Assembly (NCBI GenBank): GCA_963771345.1
Contig: CAVYTH010000006.1
Span: 206,498 to 270,497, forward strand
Direction of reading: 5' to 3'
From: an uncultured Actinomycetota bacterium
Lineage (GTDB): Bacteria > Actinomycetota > Actinomycetes > JACCUZ01
Length of the DNA: 64,000 nt
Below are positions 9,093 through 20,291 of the stretch, in pieces. The translations under genes and the position numbers were made by a program. Positions within the stretch are counted from its first letter, which is position 1. Every line of letters starts with the position of its first letter. The notes under the pieces were generated by a model, which was not told the origin of the DNA, ran no database searches, and saw nothing but the letters and a program-made list of their open reading frames with translations.

Positions 9093-10219
9093 GCAGCGAC
9101 GGGTCGACCGCCGCGGCGGACGCGGGTGCCCCGACCCGCCGCCTCGTCCTGGTGGCAGGCGTCGGGCGCAGCGGCACCAGCCTGTTCACGTCCATCCTCG
9201 ACCGGGCCGGCTTCCACGTCCCGCAGCCGGAGGTCGACGCCGACTCGACCAACCCCAAGGGCTTCGGCGAGCCGAAGTGGGCCGTCGACTTCCACGGCCG
9301 CCAGCTGCGCTCCCGCCGCGTCTCGGTGTGGGACTCCCGGCCGTCGGCCTGGCAGGAGACGTCCCAGGCCGTCGACGACCCCGCTGCCCTCGCCGAGCTG
9401 CGCGGCTGGCTGAAGGTGCAGTTCGTCGGCCGCGACTCGGTGGTGGTCAAGGACCCGCGGATCGGCTGGTTCCTCCCGCTGTGGGAGAAGGCGGCCGAGG
9501 ACATCGGCGTCGAGGTGTCGTTCGCCACCCTGCTGCGTCACCCGGCGGAAGCCGTGAGCAGCGCCCTCAAGTGGTACGGCGACTGGCAGACGCCGGCGAG
9601 CCGGACCGTGTCCTGGCTCAACATCATGCTCGAGACCGAGTACGCGACCCGCGGCCGGAAGCGCATCTTCGTCCGGTACGACGACCTGCTCACCGACTGG
9701 TCCGGCCAGGTGGCCCGGACCGGGGACGCGCTCTCCGTCCCGGCGCTGCAGAACCTCGACCCCGACGTCCGGGCGTCCATCGACGCGTTCGTCGACCCGA
9801 CCCTGCACCGGCAGAAGGTGAGCTTCGCCGACCTCGGCGTGCCGGCCGAGGTCGAGCAGCGGACCGAGCAGGTGTGGTCCGAGTTCCTCGCCCTCGCGGT
9901 CCCGGACGGCGACGGACCCGAGGCGCAGGCCCGGCTGGACGCGTCCCGCGAGTCCTACCGCGCCTACTACGCCGAGATCGAGGCGATCGCGCAGTCGTCG
10001 CTGCACGCGCTGCGGCCGGCGGGTGGCGCCGCGGGTGCCAAGGGCGGGTCCAAGAAGGGCGGCACGACAGCGGGCGTCGCCCGGGGCGGCGGCGCGGACG
10101 CGCTGATCCGCACCGCCGAGCGGGTGGTTCCACGCAGCCTGCTGCGCAAGGTCCCGCCGGTGTGGCGCGCACGCCTGGTGCGCACCGCGAACCGCGCCTC
10201 CCGGCTGGTCCGCAAGTAG
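9089..10219 (+). CDS. Sulfotransferase family protein (second copy)
   Basis: ATG at 9089 is preceded by a GGAAGGAGGAAGC RBS. P-loop LVAGVGRSGTSLFTSIL. Intact 376-aa frame. Confidence 0.8.
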   Translation: MSSDGSTAAADAGAPTRRLVLVAGVGRSGTSLFTSILDRAGFHVPQPEVDADSTNPKGFGEPKWAVDFHGRQLRSRRVSVWDSRPSAWQETSQAVDDPAALAELRGWLKVQFVGRDSVVVKDPRIGWFLPLWEKAAEDIGVEVSFATLLRHPAEAVSSALKWYGDWQTPASRTVSWLNIMLETEYATRGRKRIFVRYDDLLTDWSGQVARTGDALSVPALQNLDPDVRASIDAFVDPTLHRQKVSFADLGVPAEVEQRTEQVWSEFLALAVPDGDGPEAQARLDASRESYRAYYAEIEAIAQSSLHALRPAGGAAGAKGGSKKGGTTAGVARGGGADALIRTAERVVPRSLLRKVPPVWRARLVRTANRASRLVRK

Positions 10220-10232
10220 CCGGCTGCCCGGC

Positions 10233-13200
10233 CTAGCTGCCTTCTCCGAGCAGCAGGTCGACCGCGCGGGCCGCAGCCCGGCCGTCGCTGACCGGTGCGT
10301 AGGTCTGCACGAGGTCGCGGTAGGCGTCGGCGTACCGGTCGGTGTGACGGTCGGCGTCCAGCACGGCGGGTGCGAGGTCCGCGACGTCGGTGACGACCGG
10401 GCCGGGCATCGCCTCGGGCTCGAGGTAGAGCCGGCCGGGATGGCCCTGGTAGTGCTCGAGGTCCGGAGCGAAGAACACCATCGGGCGCCCGGTCACCGCG
10501 AAGTCGACGAGCACCGACGAGTAGTCGGTCACCAGCACGTCGGCGGCGAGCAGCAGGTCGCGACCGTCGGCGTGCCAGGACGCGTCGAACACCGTGCGGC
10601 CGTCGGCCTGCGGGACGGTGTCCACGACCTTGGGGTGGGCCCGGACCAGCAGGACGTGGTCGTCGCCGAGCGACCCGGCGAGCTGTGCCGGGTCGAGGAA
10701 CAGGTCGAGGCGGTAGCGGTCCGGTGCGACCTGCAGGCCCGGCCGGTACGTGGGGGCGAGCAGCACGATGCGGCGGCCGGCCGGGATGCCGAGCTCGTCG
10801 CGGACCGCAGCAGCGCGCTTCTCCCGCTCCGCGGCGAGGTCGGGGGACACCAGCAGGTCGTGCCGGGGGAGTCCGGTCTCGCGCACCGCGTCGCCCAGGG
10901 CGAACGCGCGCTGCAGCACCTCGCGGCCGTGCGGACCGGCCGACAGCACGACGTCCCAGCGCGCCGACTCGGCGCGCAGCCGCTCCTCCCAGCCCCGGCC
11001 GAGCCGGGTGCCCGCGTGCTCGTCGTCCAGCCCGACGGAGGTGACCGGGACGCCGTGCCAGGTCTGCAGCACCGTCTGCCGATGCTGCGACGGCAGGTCG
11101 TGGACTCCTTGCAGGTCGCTCGTGACGCGGTAGCGGGACTGGGCCAGCGCCTCGTACCAGTCGCGGCCGTTGCGGGCCACGGCCCGCGCCCCGTCGGGGG
11201 GCACGGCCTGCCCGTCGTGCACGGCCCAGACGACATCAAGTCCGGTGTCGCGCGACAGCAGCTCGTCGTGGATCGCGCGCGCATCGTCGCCGTGCCGGCC
11301 GGCTCCGTACCCGTCGAAGAGCACCTGCTCGCGCACCGGCCGTGACAGGTACGACGGGTAGTGCTGGGTCCGCAGCCGGCGCTGCCCGGCGCGGCCGCGG
11401 TCGCCGACCGGCAGGTCACCGGAGACCAGCAGGGCCAGGCAGTCGTGGTCGACGTCGTACGCCATCAGCTCGCGGGCGCCGTCGACCGTCTTCTGCGGCA
11501 GCAGGGACAGCGTCTCGCGGGCGACCTTGACCCGCACGGTGCCGCCGCCGTCAGCGCGGCGGGAGTAGAAGTCCCACTGGCCCTCGGCGAGCGCCATCGG
11601 CCCACCGGGTGTCGCCATCGACGTCGGCTTCAGCCGCGCGGTGAACGAGTCGCCGTCCCGCGTCATCGGAACGGCGAGCGAGACGGCCCGGTCGGCGGCG
11701 CTGAGCACCAGCTCGGTCTCGGCGCCACTGGCCTCGGCGTACCGGCCGGTGAGCTCGAGCGTGCCGTCGTCCGACCAGGAGACGCCCTCCACCTCCGGGC
11801 GCGGGTGCCGGCCGATGACCTGTGGGCGCCCCCTCCGGGTGATGTGCACCAGCACCTCGGTGTCGCCCCGGGTCAGCCGCGGCTGCGGCATCTCGCTGCC
11901 GGCCGAGAGCGAGATGCGGGCACCGTCCGCCTCGGGGAGCAGGGAGAGGCTCCAGACGTCGCCGTCGGCCAGGTCGCGACCGTGCGCGAGGGTCTCGTCG
12001 ACGTCCTCGTCGTTGCCGAGGGTGCTGATGTCGACCCGCGCGACGAACGGGGTGCTGCCGCCGGACGACGATCCGCCGGTGGCGACCGGGAGCTCGAGCG
12101 AGGAGGTGCCGTCATCGCGCGCCGCGCGCAGTGACGCAGTGGCCGGGTCGAACCGGCGGCCGTGCAGGGTGCCGGTGAGCTCGAGCACCGTGCCGTCGAC
12201 GCGGATGTCCTCGACCTCGGCGGGGGTGGTCGAGATCTCGACGCCGAAGTTGCCGGCCTGCGTGGTGGGCACGATCCGCGCACCGTCGACGATCCGCCAG
12301 CCCGGCCGCTTGGCCCGGCCCGGGTTGGTGCCGGAGAGCCACCGGCGCCGGGTGACGCCCTTGGCCCGGACCTCGAGCCGCAGCCGCCAGTTGCCGGTCC
12401 GGAACTTCCCGCGGTGGCGCAGCGCGCTCACCGGGAGCGCGGCCTCCCAGCCGGAGCCGTCGTAGTTGGTCACACCGTCCGGCGCCACCTCGGTCACGTC
12501 GGGCCGGCGGACGCGGTGCAGCTCCAGCGGGATGACGCTGTCCGGGTGGCCGGACTCCTCGAGGGTCAGCCGGATCCGGCCGGACTTCTCGGTGGGCAGC
12601 TCCTGGAACGCGATGTACGCGTAGCCCTTGAGCCGCAGGACGTCGTCGTCCCACCAGACGTCCTCGATCCGCGCGGGCATCGGCAGCTCGTCCTTGCCGA
12701 GCCGGTAGATCTCGTCCGGGATGCCGAGGTCCTCGTCGCCGCGGAACGGGTAGTCGCCGTAGAGCTTGCGTCCGCGGCGCACCACCGGGGTCCAGGCGAT
12801 CTCGCCGGCGTGCTCGAACCGCAGCACCTCGAGCAGCTCGGGCATCAGCCAGCGGCGCACGAGGTGCCACTTGAGGCGGCCGAGTGCGGGCAGGTCGTCG
12901 AACACGTCCGGCCGGGCCCGGTCGAAGTAGTCGTTGACCAGCTCGAGGAAGAGGCTGCGGAACTCGTCGTCGGCCTCGTCCAGCTGCTGCAGGAAGTACT
13001 TGAGGTCCTGCTCGGCCACCGACCGGTCGTACCGCGCCTTGAGGTCGTCCTCGCCGCGCTCGGCCATGAACCGGCTCACGCCGTCGACGGCGGAGAAGCG
13101 GTCCCGGATGGCGCGGGTCTCGGTGCGTCGCTGGGTGATGGACGTGCTGTCGCCCACCCGCGCGCGCCACAGGTAGACCGGCTCGCGGATCACGTCGACA

Positions 13201-13785
13201 GCGCGCGCCAGGACGTGGGCCGGCAGCGTCACCGGGATGTCCTCGTAGAGCACGCCCTCGGGCCACCGGAAGCCGTGCTCGTCCCAGAACGTCCGGCGGA
13301 ACAGCTTGTTCCAGGCCGTGCGGTCGTTGAGCAGGGCGGGGTGCTTGGTGACGTGCGTTGCCGGCCGGGAGGCGTTGAACGCCGTGAAGACCATGCCGGC
13401 CTGCCGGGTGCCGACCGTCGTGAGGCGGTGGAAGTTGCCGGTGGCGAAGTCGGAGCCGGTGCGGTCGAGAGAGCCGGCGAGCATCTCGTACGCGGTGCGG
13501 GTGACGATGTCGTCGCTGTCGACGAAGGCCAGGTAGTCGCCGGTGGCCTGGTCCGCCCCGGTGTTGCGGGCGTTGCCGAGGCCGCCGTTGGGCTGGCGGA
13601 CCAGGACGAAGCGGTCGTCGTTCTCGGCGAAGGCAGCCGCGATGGACCGCGCTGGAGTCGGTCGAGCCGTCGTCGACCATCACGACCTCGAGGTCGCTGA
13701 GGGTCTGCTGGGCCAGGGACTCCAGGCACTCGACGAGGTACCGCTCGACGTTGTAGATGGGCACGACGACGCTGACGCGGGGCAT
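10233..13785 (-). CDS. Large bifunctional GT2 / TagF-like glycerophosphotransferase (about 1180 aa). One frame disruption near 13640-13652.
   Basis: N-terminus MPRVSVVVPIYNVERYLVECLESLAQQTLSDLEVVMVDDGSTDSS (GT2), then after a +1 shift AIAAAFAENDDRFVLVRQPNGGLGNARN...DYLAFVDSDD. The C-terminal TagF domain has QTWHGVPV and LVTDYSSVLVDFA. Confidence 0.75.
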
Positions 13786-13897
13786 GCGGGTTCGGGGCTC
13801 CTCTCCGAGAACGCGCACAGTCTAACGAGCGTGATCACCGCTCCCGACGCTGCTATCGGGGTGGCCCCAGAGGCCCCGGTTTGGTTGAGTCTCCGCC

Positions 13898-14249
13898 ATG
13901 GCTTCCTACTCAGTGAATGCGGCCGCGGTCGCGCAGGCCAGAAGGCTGATCGACTCCCGGCAGTACGTCCTGGACAGCGACTGGGGCGACGTCGCAGCCG
14001 CGGGCGGACGACGAGAACACCTTCCTCGAGTCGCACGACTGGGAGGAGTACGCCGCCTGGCACCTCGGCCTGACCGATGGCGCGAACGACGAGACCAAGG
14101 CCCGGTACGCCTTCGGGTACGGCGACTTCCGCCGGGTCCACCGGACCGGTCTGATCGCCTGCGTCTACCGGGCGGCCGAGTGGCGGCACAAGGACGTCGA
14201 GCTCGCGGCCCACGAGCTCCTTCAGCACCTCGACCGGACGAGCGCCTGA
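13898..14249 (+). CDS. Small conserved hypothetical protein (about 116 aa). Frame disruption near 13990-14000.
   Basis: N-terminus MASYSVNAAAVAQARRLIDSRQYVLDSDWGDV. It continues in the adjacent frame as ADDENTFLESHDWEEYAAWHLGLTDGANDETKARYAFGYGDFRRVHRTGLIACVYRAAEWRHKDVELAAHELLQHLDRTSA with stop at 14247-14249. I did not recognise the family. Confidence 0.45.
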
Positions 14250-14252
14250 CGG

Positions 14253-15031
14253 ATGCCCAGCACCTCAGGCGTTGCTCTCGTCACCGGCGTCGGCAGGCGC
14301 CGCTCCATCGGCACCGGCCTGGCGGTCGGCCTGGCCCGTGACGGCTGGGACCTCGCGCTGAGCTACTGGTCGCCGTACGACGACCGGCTCGGCTACGAGC
14401 GGACGCCGGACGATCCCGAGTCGGTCGCCGACGAGTGTCGTGCGCTGGGCAGCGAGGTCGTGCTCCTGCCCGCGGACCTGGCCGACCCGGACGTACCCCA
14501 GCAGCTCGTGACGTCGGCGCGAGAGCAGCTCGGCCCGGTCACAGCTCTGGTCATGTCGCACTGCGAGTCCGTCGACAGCGCGATCCTGACCACGACCGTC
14601 GAGGCTGGGACCGGCACTTCGCGGTGAACGCGCGCGCGACCTGGCTGCTCATCAAAGCCTTCGCCGAGCAGCTCCCGCAGACGCCAGCGGCCGGCGGCGA
14701 GGTACGCGGCCGGATCGTCGCGCTGACCAGCGACCACACGGCCAACAACACGCCGTACGGCGCGAGCAAGGGTGCCTTGGACCGCATCGTCATCGCCGCC
14801 GCAGTGGAGCTGTCCGGGCTCGGCGTGCGGGCCAACGTCATCAACCCCGGCCCGATCGACACCGGCTGGATGACCGACGAGATCCGTGCGTTCGGCGTGG
14901 CCGAGACCCCTGCCGGGCGACTCGGCACCCCCGATGACACGGCGGACCTGGTGCGGTTCCTGCTGTCGGAGCAGGGGTCCTGGATGAACGGGCAGCTGCT
15001 CTACAGCAACGGCGGCTTCCGCACCGGCTGA
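14253..15031 (+). CDS. SDR-family oxidoreductase. Frame disruption near 14605-14612.
   Basis: N-terminal Rossmann LVTGVGRRRSIGTGLAVGLARDGWD. After the frameshift: WDRHFAVNARATWLL...YGASKGALDRIV...NVINPGPIDTGW, the SDR catalytic YxxxK and PG motif. Confidence 0.75.
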
Positions 15032-15348
15032 CTCGATCAGGACTGCGTCATCGCGTCGACCCGTCGGGCGGTCGTCGCTGCATCCGTCTCTCGACGATAA
15101 GGCCACGCCATGACCCGGCGTCGGACCGTCCGGACAGACGACGTCCGCGGGGCCCTGCACGGCGACGACCTCGTCCGCGGGGAACCCCGCGATGGCGAAG
15201 GTCTAGACGCCACCACCGGGGCCGTGCAGCCGCTGCCACTGAAGAGCGCTGTCCGGGTCGAGGAGCACCGGCGACCACGCCCGACCCCGACAGCCGAGGT
15301 CAAGGCGACGTCAGACGGTGTCCACGCACTTCGGCCCTGACGGATGCG

Positions 15349-15549
15349 CTAGGCGTCGCCGTCGTCCCCGCCGCCGAGATGCGGATCGAGCCCGACGCCG
15401 CGGCCGCTGTTCCACGCGATGATCCCAGCCTCGTCACCGCTCAGCGGCGTCGACTCAGGGGGCTGTCCCACCGTCGCTGTCCTCGTCTCGGGCAGCACGC
15501 CGACGGCTTCCTCGAACTCAGCCAGCGGCAGTGCGTAGGGATTCGTCAC
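15349..15549 (-). CDS. Small acidic hypothetical protein (66 aa). Weak call.
   Basis: GTG-initiated ORF MTNPYALPLAEFEEAVGVLPE... in the gap between the SDR gene and the YciI-like gene. No recognisable family. Confidence 0.2.
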   Translation of the reverse strand: MTNPYALPLAEFEEAVGVLPETRTATVGQPPESTPLSGDEAGIIAWNSGRGVGLDPHLGGGDDGDA

Positions 15550-15670
15550 GACCTCAGGATGCCGGTTTCCGGCAGCCGTGTCAGCCGCGCCCGCGGTGAC
15601 CGGGCACGGACGCTAGCGTTGGGCCGACGGAGGACGTAGGGGCAGTTCGCGACGCCACGAGGAGCGGCCG

Positions 15671-16055
15671 ATGCCAGCGGATCCCAACATCCCGGACGCG
15701 TTCGACGTCTACACGGTCGTGGTCCTGCGGCGGCCGGCCGATGCGCCGGAGATGTCGGACGACGGAGCTCGACGCGCTCCAGGCCGAGCACCTCGCCTAC
15801 CGCGCCGAGCTGAGGCGGCAGGGCGTGGTGGTCGTCAACGGGCCGTTCGACGAGCAGACCGACCCGTCGTACCGCGGGATGTCGATCTTCGCCTGCGACC
15901 CGGTCGAGGCGGCGCGGCTGTCGGACGGCGACCCCTCCGTCGTGGCGGGGCGGCTCGCCTACGACGTGATGGAGTGGTGGGTCCGCGCGGGCTCGCTCGC
16001 CTTCCCGCTCAGCGACCGCCCGGTCGGCGACCGCCGCGCGATGCCCGACGACTAG
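15671..16055 (+). CDS. YciI-like family protein. Frame disruption near 15755-15765.
   Basis: RBS GAGGAG 8 nt upstream of ATG 15671. MPADPNIPDAFDVYTVVVLRRPADAPEMSDD continues in the +1 frame as ELDALQAEHLAYRAELRRQGVVVVNGPFDEQ...AGRLAYDVMEWWVRAG. Confidence 0.55.
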
Positions 16056-16116
16056 CGCGCACAAACGAAAGGAAGGGAGCGCCGCTCCCTTCCATTTCCA
16101 AGGTATAGCGGACTGG

Positions 16117-16136
16117 GGGGCTTGCGGCAAGGCCCC
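16117..16136 (+). promoter_or_regulatory. RAE (rifampin-associated element) inverted repeat GGGGCTTGCGGCAAGGCCCC, about 55 nt upstream of the rox start.
   Basis: Near-palindromic 20-mer flanked by G and C runs. It matches the conserved RAE motif described upstream of rifamycin-inactivating genes (rox, rph, arr, rgt, helR) in Actinobacteria. Confidence 0.7.
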
Positions 16137-16191
16137 GGTGGTGCCGCAGAATCGCCGGCCGGAGCACGAGGCGAGGGACGGGGATGCAGTG

Positions 16192-17699
16192 GTGACCGAG
16201 CATGCAGTGGTGATTGCCGGGGGTGGCCCGACGGGGCTGATGCTGGCGGCCGAGCTGGCGTTGGCGGGCGTGGACGTGGCGATCGTCGAGCGGCGCGCCA
16301 GCCAGGACCTTCCCGGTTCGCGCGCGGGTGGGCTGCACGCGCGCACCATCGAGGTCCTCGATCAGCGCGGGATCGCCGACCGGTTCCTCGCCGAGGGACA
16401 GGTTGCCCAGGTCGCGGGGTTCGCCCGCGTCCCGCTGGACATCAGCGACTTCCCCAGCCGGCACCCCTACGTGCTCGGGCTGTGGCAGAACCACATCGAG
16501 CGCATCCTGGCCGGCTGGGTCGACGAGCTGCCGGTGACCATCCATCGCGGCTGCGAGGTGACGGGCTTTGCGCAGGACGACACCGGCGTCGACGTCGAGC
16601 TGTCCGACGGCGACGTCGCTGCGGGCCGAGTATCTCGTCGGGTGCGACGGCGGACGCAGCGTGGTCCGCAAGGCCGCCGGCATCGAGTTCCCCGGGTGGG
16701 ATCCGACGACCAGTGCCCTGATCGCGGAGGCCGAGATGGCCGAGCAGCCGGAGCTGGGCACCCGTGAGGACGCCAACGGCGTCCATGGGATCGGCAGGGT
16801 GGAGTACGAGATCGTCGACGGCGAGATCGTCTACCCGGACTCCGGGCCGGTGCGGGTCATGGTGACCGAACGGCCACCCCGATCCACCGGCGAGCCCACG
16901 CTGCGCGATCTCAGCGAGGCGCTCGTCGGCGTCTACGGCACCGACTACGGGATCCACAGTCCCACCTGGATCTCCCGGTTCACCGACATGACCCGACAGG
17001 CCGCGGCCTACCGCGCCGGACGGGTGCTGCTGGCCGGCGACGCCGCCCACGTGCACTCCCCGGTGGGTGGACAGGGCCTCAACACGGGTGTGCAGGACGC
17101 GGTGAACCTGGGATGGAAGCTGGCTCAGGTGGTCGACCGGACATCGCCGGAAAGCCTGCTGGACACCTACCACGCCGAGCGCCACCCGGTCGCCGCCCGG
17201 GTGCTGCGCAACACGATGGCCCAGGTCGTGCTCCTCCGCTCCGAGGATCGCATCGAGGCCCTGCGCGACACCGTGGCCGAGCTGCTGAGCATGGAGGAGC
17301 CGCGCAAGCGGTTCGCCGGAATGCAGTCCGGCCTGGGCATCCACTACGACCTCGGCGAGGGCCACCCGCTGCTCGGACGCCGGATGCCCGACCTCGACCT
17401 GGTCACCGCCGACGGCCCGCTGCGGGTCTTCACGCTGCTGCACGACGCCCGGCCGGTGCTGCTCAACCTCGGTGAGCCCGGTGCCGTCGACATCGCCGGA
17501 TGGGCGGGGCGGGTCCAGCTGGTCGACGCGACGTACGCAGGTGCCTGGGACCTCCCGGTACTCGGCGAGGTCACTGCCTCCGACGGCCGTGTTGATCCGG
17601 CCCGACGGGTACGTCGCCTGGGTGGGAGACGGCACGGCTGTGGGCCTCCCGGAGGCGCTGACGACCTGGTTCGGACCGCCTGCCGAAGACCAGGCATGA
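16192..17699 (+). CDS. rox: Rifampin monooxygenase (Rox/RIFMO-type FAD-dependent monooxygenase). Two frame disruptions (~16620, ~17590).
   Basis: GTG start with VVIAGGGPTGLMLAAELALAGVDVAIVER as the FAD-binding GxGxxG. After the shift: EYLVGCDGGRSVVRKAAGIEF, GRVLLAGDAAHVHSPVGGQGLNTGVQDAVNLGWKL, and a C-terminal LIRPDGYVAWVGDG...TTWFGPP, as in Nocardia/Streptomyces Rox. Confidence 0.8.
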
Positions 17700-18077
17700 T
17701 TCCCGGATGGGTTCCACCGGGCCGTGGCCGGGATGGCCTGGGCCGGCAACGACATCGTCGTCGACTACGTGCTCAGCGAGCCGTGGCGGCTCGCCGACTG
17801 CCTCGCGGTCCTGGAGGGCATCGACGTCGTGTTCGTCGGCGTGATGTGTTCGCCCGAGGAGCTGGACCGCCGTGAGCGGGAGCGGGGCGACCGGCAGATC
17901 GGTCAGGCGGCGGGCAGCTCGGGGCGGTGCACGCGCACGGCCGCTACGACCTGGTCTGCGACACCACGTCGACCAGTCCGGCGGACACCGCCGTGCAGAT
18001 CAAGGAGTTCCTCGACCAACCGGTGACGACGAGGGCGTTCGACGACCTGCGTCGAGAACGCGCTAGCGGCGCCTGAC
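17700..18077 (+). pseudogene. Chloramphenicol-phosphotransferase-like (CPT family P-loop kinase) remnant. It lacks the N-terminal 75 aa including the P-loop. One further frameshift near 17905.
   Basis: The frame opens right after the rox TGA and reads GFHRAVAGMAWAGNDIVVDYVLSEPWRLADCLAVLEGIDVVFVGVMCSPEELDRRERERGDRQIG, then after a shift QLGAVHAHGRYDLVCDTTSTSPADTAVQIKEFLD. This is the typical CPT C-terminal half. No P-loop segment is present upstream. Confidence 0.6.
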
Positions 18078-18710
18078 GACCAGGTAGGAGCGCTGGCTCT
18101 GGTGCTCGGTCTCGGCGTGCGGGCTGCGGTCGAGACGAGCGACGAGGTCCAGACCGGCCCTGCCGAGCTCGCTCACCTCCTCGTCGGTGTCGAGGAAGTG
18201 GAAGGTGAGGTCGACGTCGTGACCCCACCAGTCGCTGACCGGCTTGGACTCTCCGGTCCGGTGCTCGGCGTCGCTGGTGTGGAAGGCGATCAGGGCATGC
18301 CCGTCGTCTGCCAGCACCCGGGCGAACTCCCGGTAGGCAGCCGCGCGCTGGGCGGTGTCGAGGTGGATCACGGCGTACATGCAGATCAGACCGGACAGCG
18401 CGCCGGCGCGGATCGGCAACGCGGTCATGTCGGCCGCGGCGGTGCGCAGCGGCGTGGTCCGGCTCGCGATCGCGCACATCTCGGGTGACAGGTCCAGGCC
18501 GACGACCTGGGCGCCGCGAGCGGCGAGGTACGCCCCGACGTGCCCGGGTCCGCACCCGACGTCCGCGACGGTGCCACTGCCGGCGAGCTCGGCGAACGCA
18601 TCGAGCAGGCCGCGGTCGAACGGCTTGCCCGCCAGCTCGCCGGCGATCTCGGCGGCGTAGTCGCTCGCCACGCGGTCGTAGCTACGACCCGTCTCGCTGC
18701 CCGGTGTCAC
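18063..18710 (-). CDS. Class I SAM-dependent methyltransferase
   Basis: Intact 215-aa ORF with motif I VADVGCGPGHVGAYLAARGAQVVGLDLS. Confidence 0.8.
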   Translation of the reverse strand: MTPGSETGRSYDRVASDYAAEIAGELAGKPFDRGLLDAFAELAGSGTVADVGCGPGHVGAYLAARGAQVVGLDLSPEMCAIASRTTPLRTAAADMTALPIRAGALSGLICMYAVIHLDTAQRAAAYREFARVLADDGHALIAFHTSDAEHRTGESKPVSDWWGHDVDLTFHFLDTDEEVSELGRAGLDLVARLDRSPHAETEHQSQRSYLVVRRR

Positions 18711-18731
18711 CGCAACGCCTCGCCGTCCGAC

Positions 18732-20291
18732 TCAGCCGCCGGCCGGGCCGTAGAGCCGCAGCTGGCGCTCCTTGAGCAGCAGCTTCCAGCCGTCGAACTC
18801 CTTCGGCTTCTTCCGCGACAGGCCGGGCGTCCAGACCAGGTAGGTGCCGGGCTCGCCGGTCGCCACCGGCGGCGCCTTCAGCTCGTGCCCGATCACGTCG
18901 GTCTTCGGCGTGCACGACCAGGTCGCCGCCGACCGGGTCGCGGGAGTAGATGCCGAGGATCAGCGCGTCGCGGTCGTCGGTGATGATCGTGTCGATCTCG
19001 TCGTCGTGCTCGTGCAGGTAGGCGCGCATCGCGTTCCAGGCCGCCGTCGCGCGGGTTGCGCGCGATGCTCGGCAGCAGCGGTACGACGGCCACCGCGAGC
19101 CCGACCACGGCCACCACCGCGGTCACGGTGACGCCGACAGCCCGGCGTTCCTCGGGCAGCCGGTCCCGCAACCGGGCGAGCAGCCAGGCCACGAACCCGG
19201 CGGCCCCCAGCACCAGCGCCGGGAGGATCGGCACCCAGTACCTCATCAGCGAGGCGTTGATGCGGATGAAGCCCGGGTCCAGCAGCCCCGACACCAGGGT
19301 CAGGGGCAGCCACATCGCGACGAACCAGCCGAGGAGCATCACGTGCGCGCGCCGGCGTACGACGAGAGCGCCGAGCACCATCAGCACGAACGTCGTGAGC
19401 ACGACGGTCGTCTGCGGGTAGACCTCGACGATCCGCGGGAACCGGAGCAGCGCGTCGGTGCGGGTGAGCGGCGACAGCGGCGCACTGCCGTGGTCGCCGT
19501 CGACCTTGAGGCGGGCCAGCGGGTCGCCGTGCGCCCACTGCGCCAGCACCATCTCGAGCACCAGGCAGCCGAGCATCGGCAGCGCGACCTGCACCCACCG
19601 GCGCAGCGGCAGCCGCCAGCCGAGCAGCACGCCGACGACCAGCGGGTAGAAGAACACCGACAGCTCGCGCACCAGGTAGGCGTAGCCGAAGCAGAAGCCG
19701 GCCAGCAGGAACCACCAGCATCCCGGCGCCGTCACCCGGCCGACCGTCACCGTCGCCCCGGCGCAGGGCCGCACCGACCAGCAGCGCGATCCCCGCGGTG
19801 ATGAACGCGGTCGACGGGATGTCGGGCAGCAGCTGCCAGCTCGTCATCCGCTCGGTGCCGTTGTTGATGACGGTGTCGACCAGGACGGGGTGGAAGATCA
19901 GCAGGACGGTCGCGGCCGCGCTGGTCCAGCGGTCGAACAGCACGACGCCGAGCGCGAACACGGCGACGACCAGCAGGATCGCGGTGAGGAACGGCCACGC
20001 GTAGTAGGACCACTGCCCGTAGCCGAACAGCTCGAGGAACGCGCGCACCGGCAGCAGGTTGCCGATGCGCAGCGCGTGGTGGTCGAGCGGCACGTCCGGG
20101 AAGTCCCGGGCGTCGTTGAGCACGAAGATGCCGTCGTTCCACCGCGGGTGCGGCCGCACCTGGAACGTCACCGCAAGGTGCAGGAGCACCAGGCCGAGCC
20201 CCAGCAGCCAGGTCGGTACGCCGGGGAGGAAGCCCTTCGGGGTAGCGGTGTCCGCCGCGTCCGGCGAGCTCTCGACGGTGGCGCTGCTCAC
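18732..20291 (-). CDS. Polytopic integral membrane protein, possibly a GT-C-type glycosyltransferase. At least three frame disruptions (~19745, ~19020, ~18890).
   Basis: About 10 predicted TM helices across three frames: [15 protein letters not shown]..., [14 protein letters not shown]..., [10 protein letters not shown].... Hydrophilic C-terminus ...[57 protein letters not shown] ending at TGA 18732-18734. I cannot assign the family with certainty. Confidence 0.45.

Noticed and set aside
13543-14073. 176-aa plus-strand ORF overlapping the small hypothetical gene
   Set aside because: Arg-rich out-of-frame shadow. The adjacent frame carries the coherent conserved protein.
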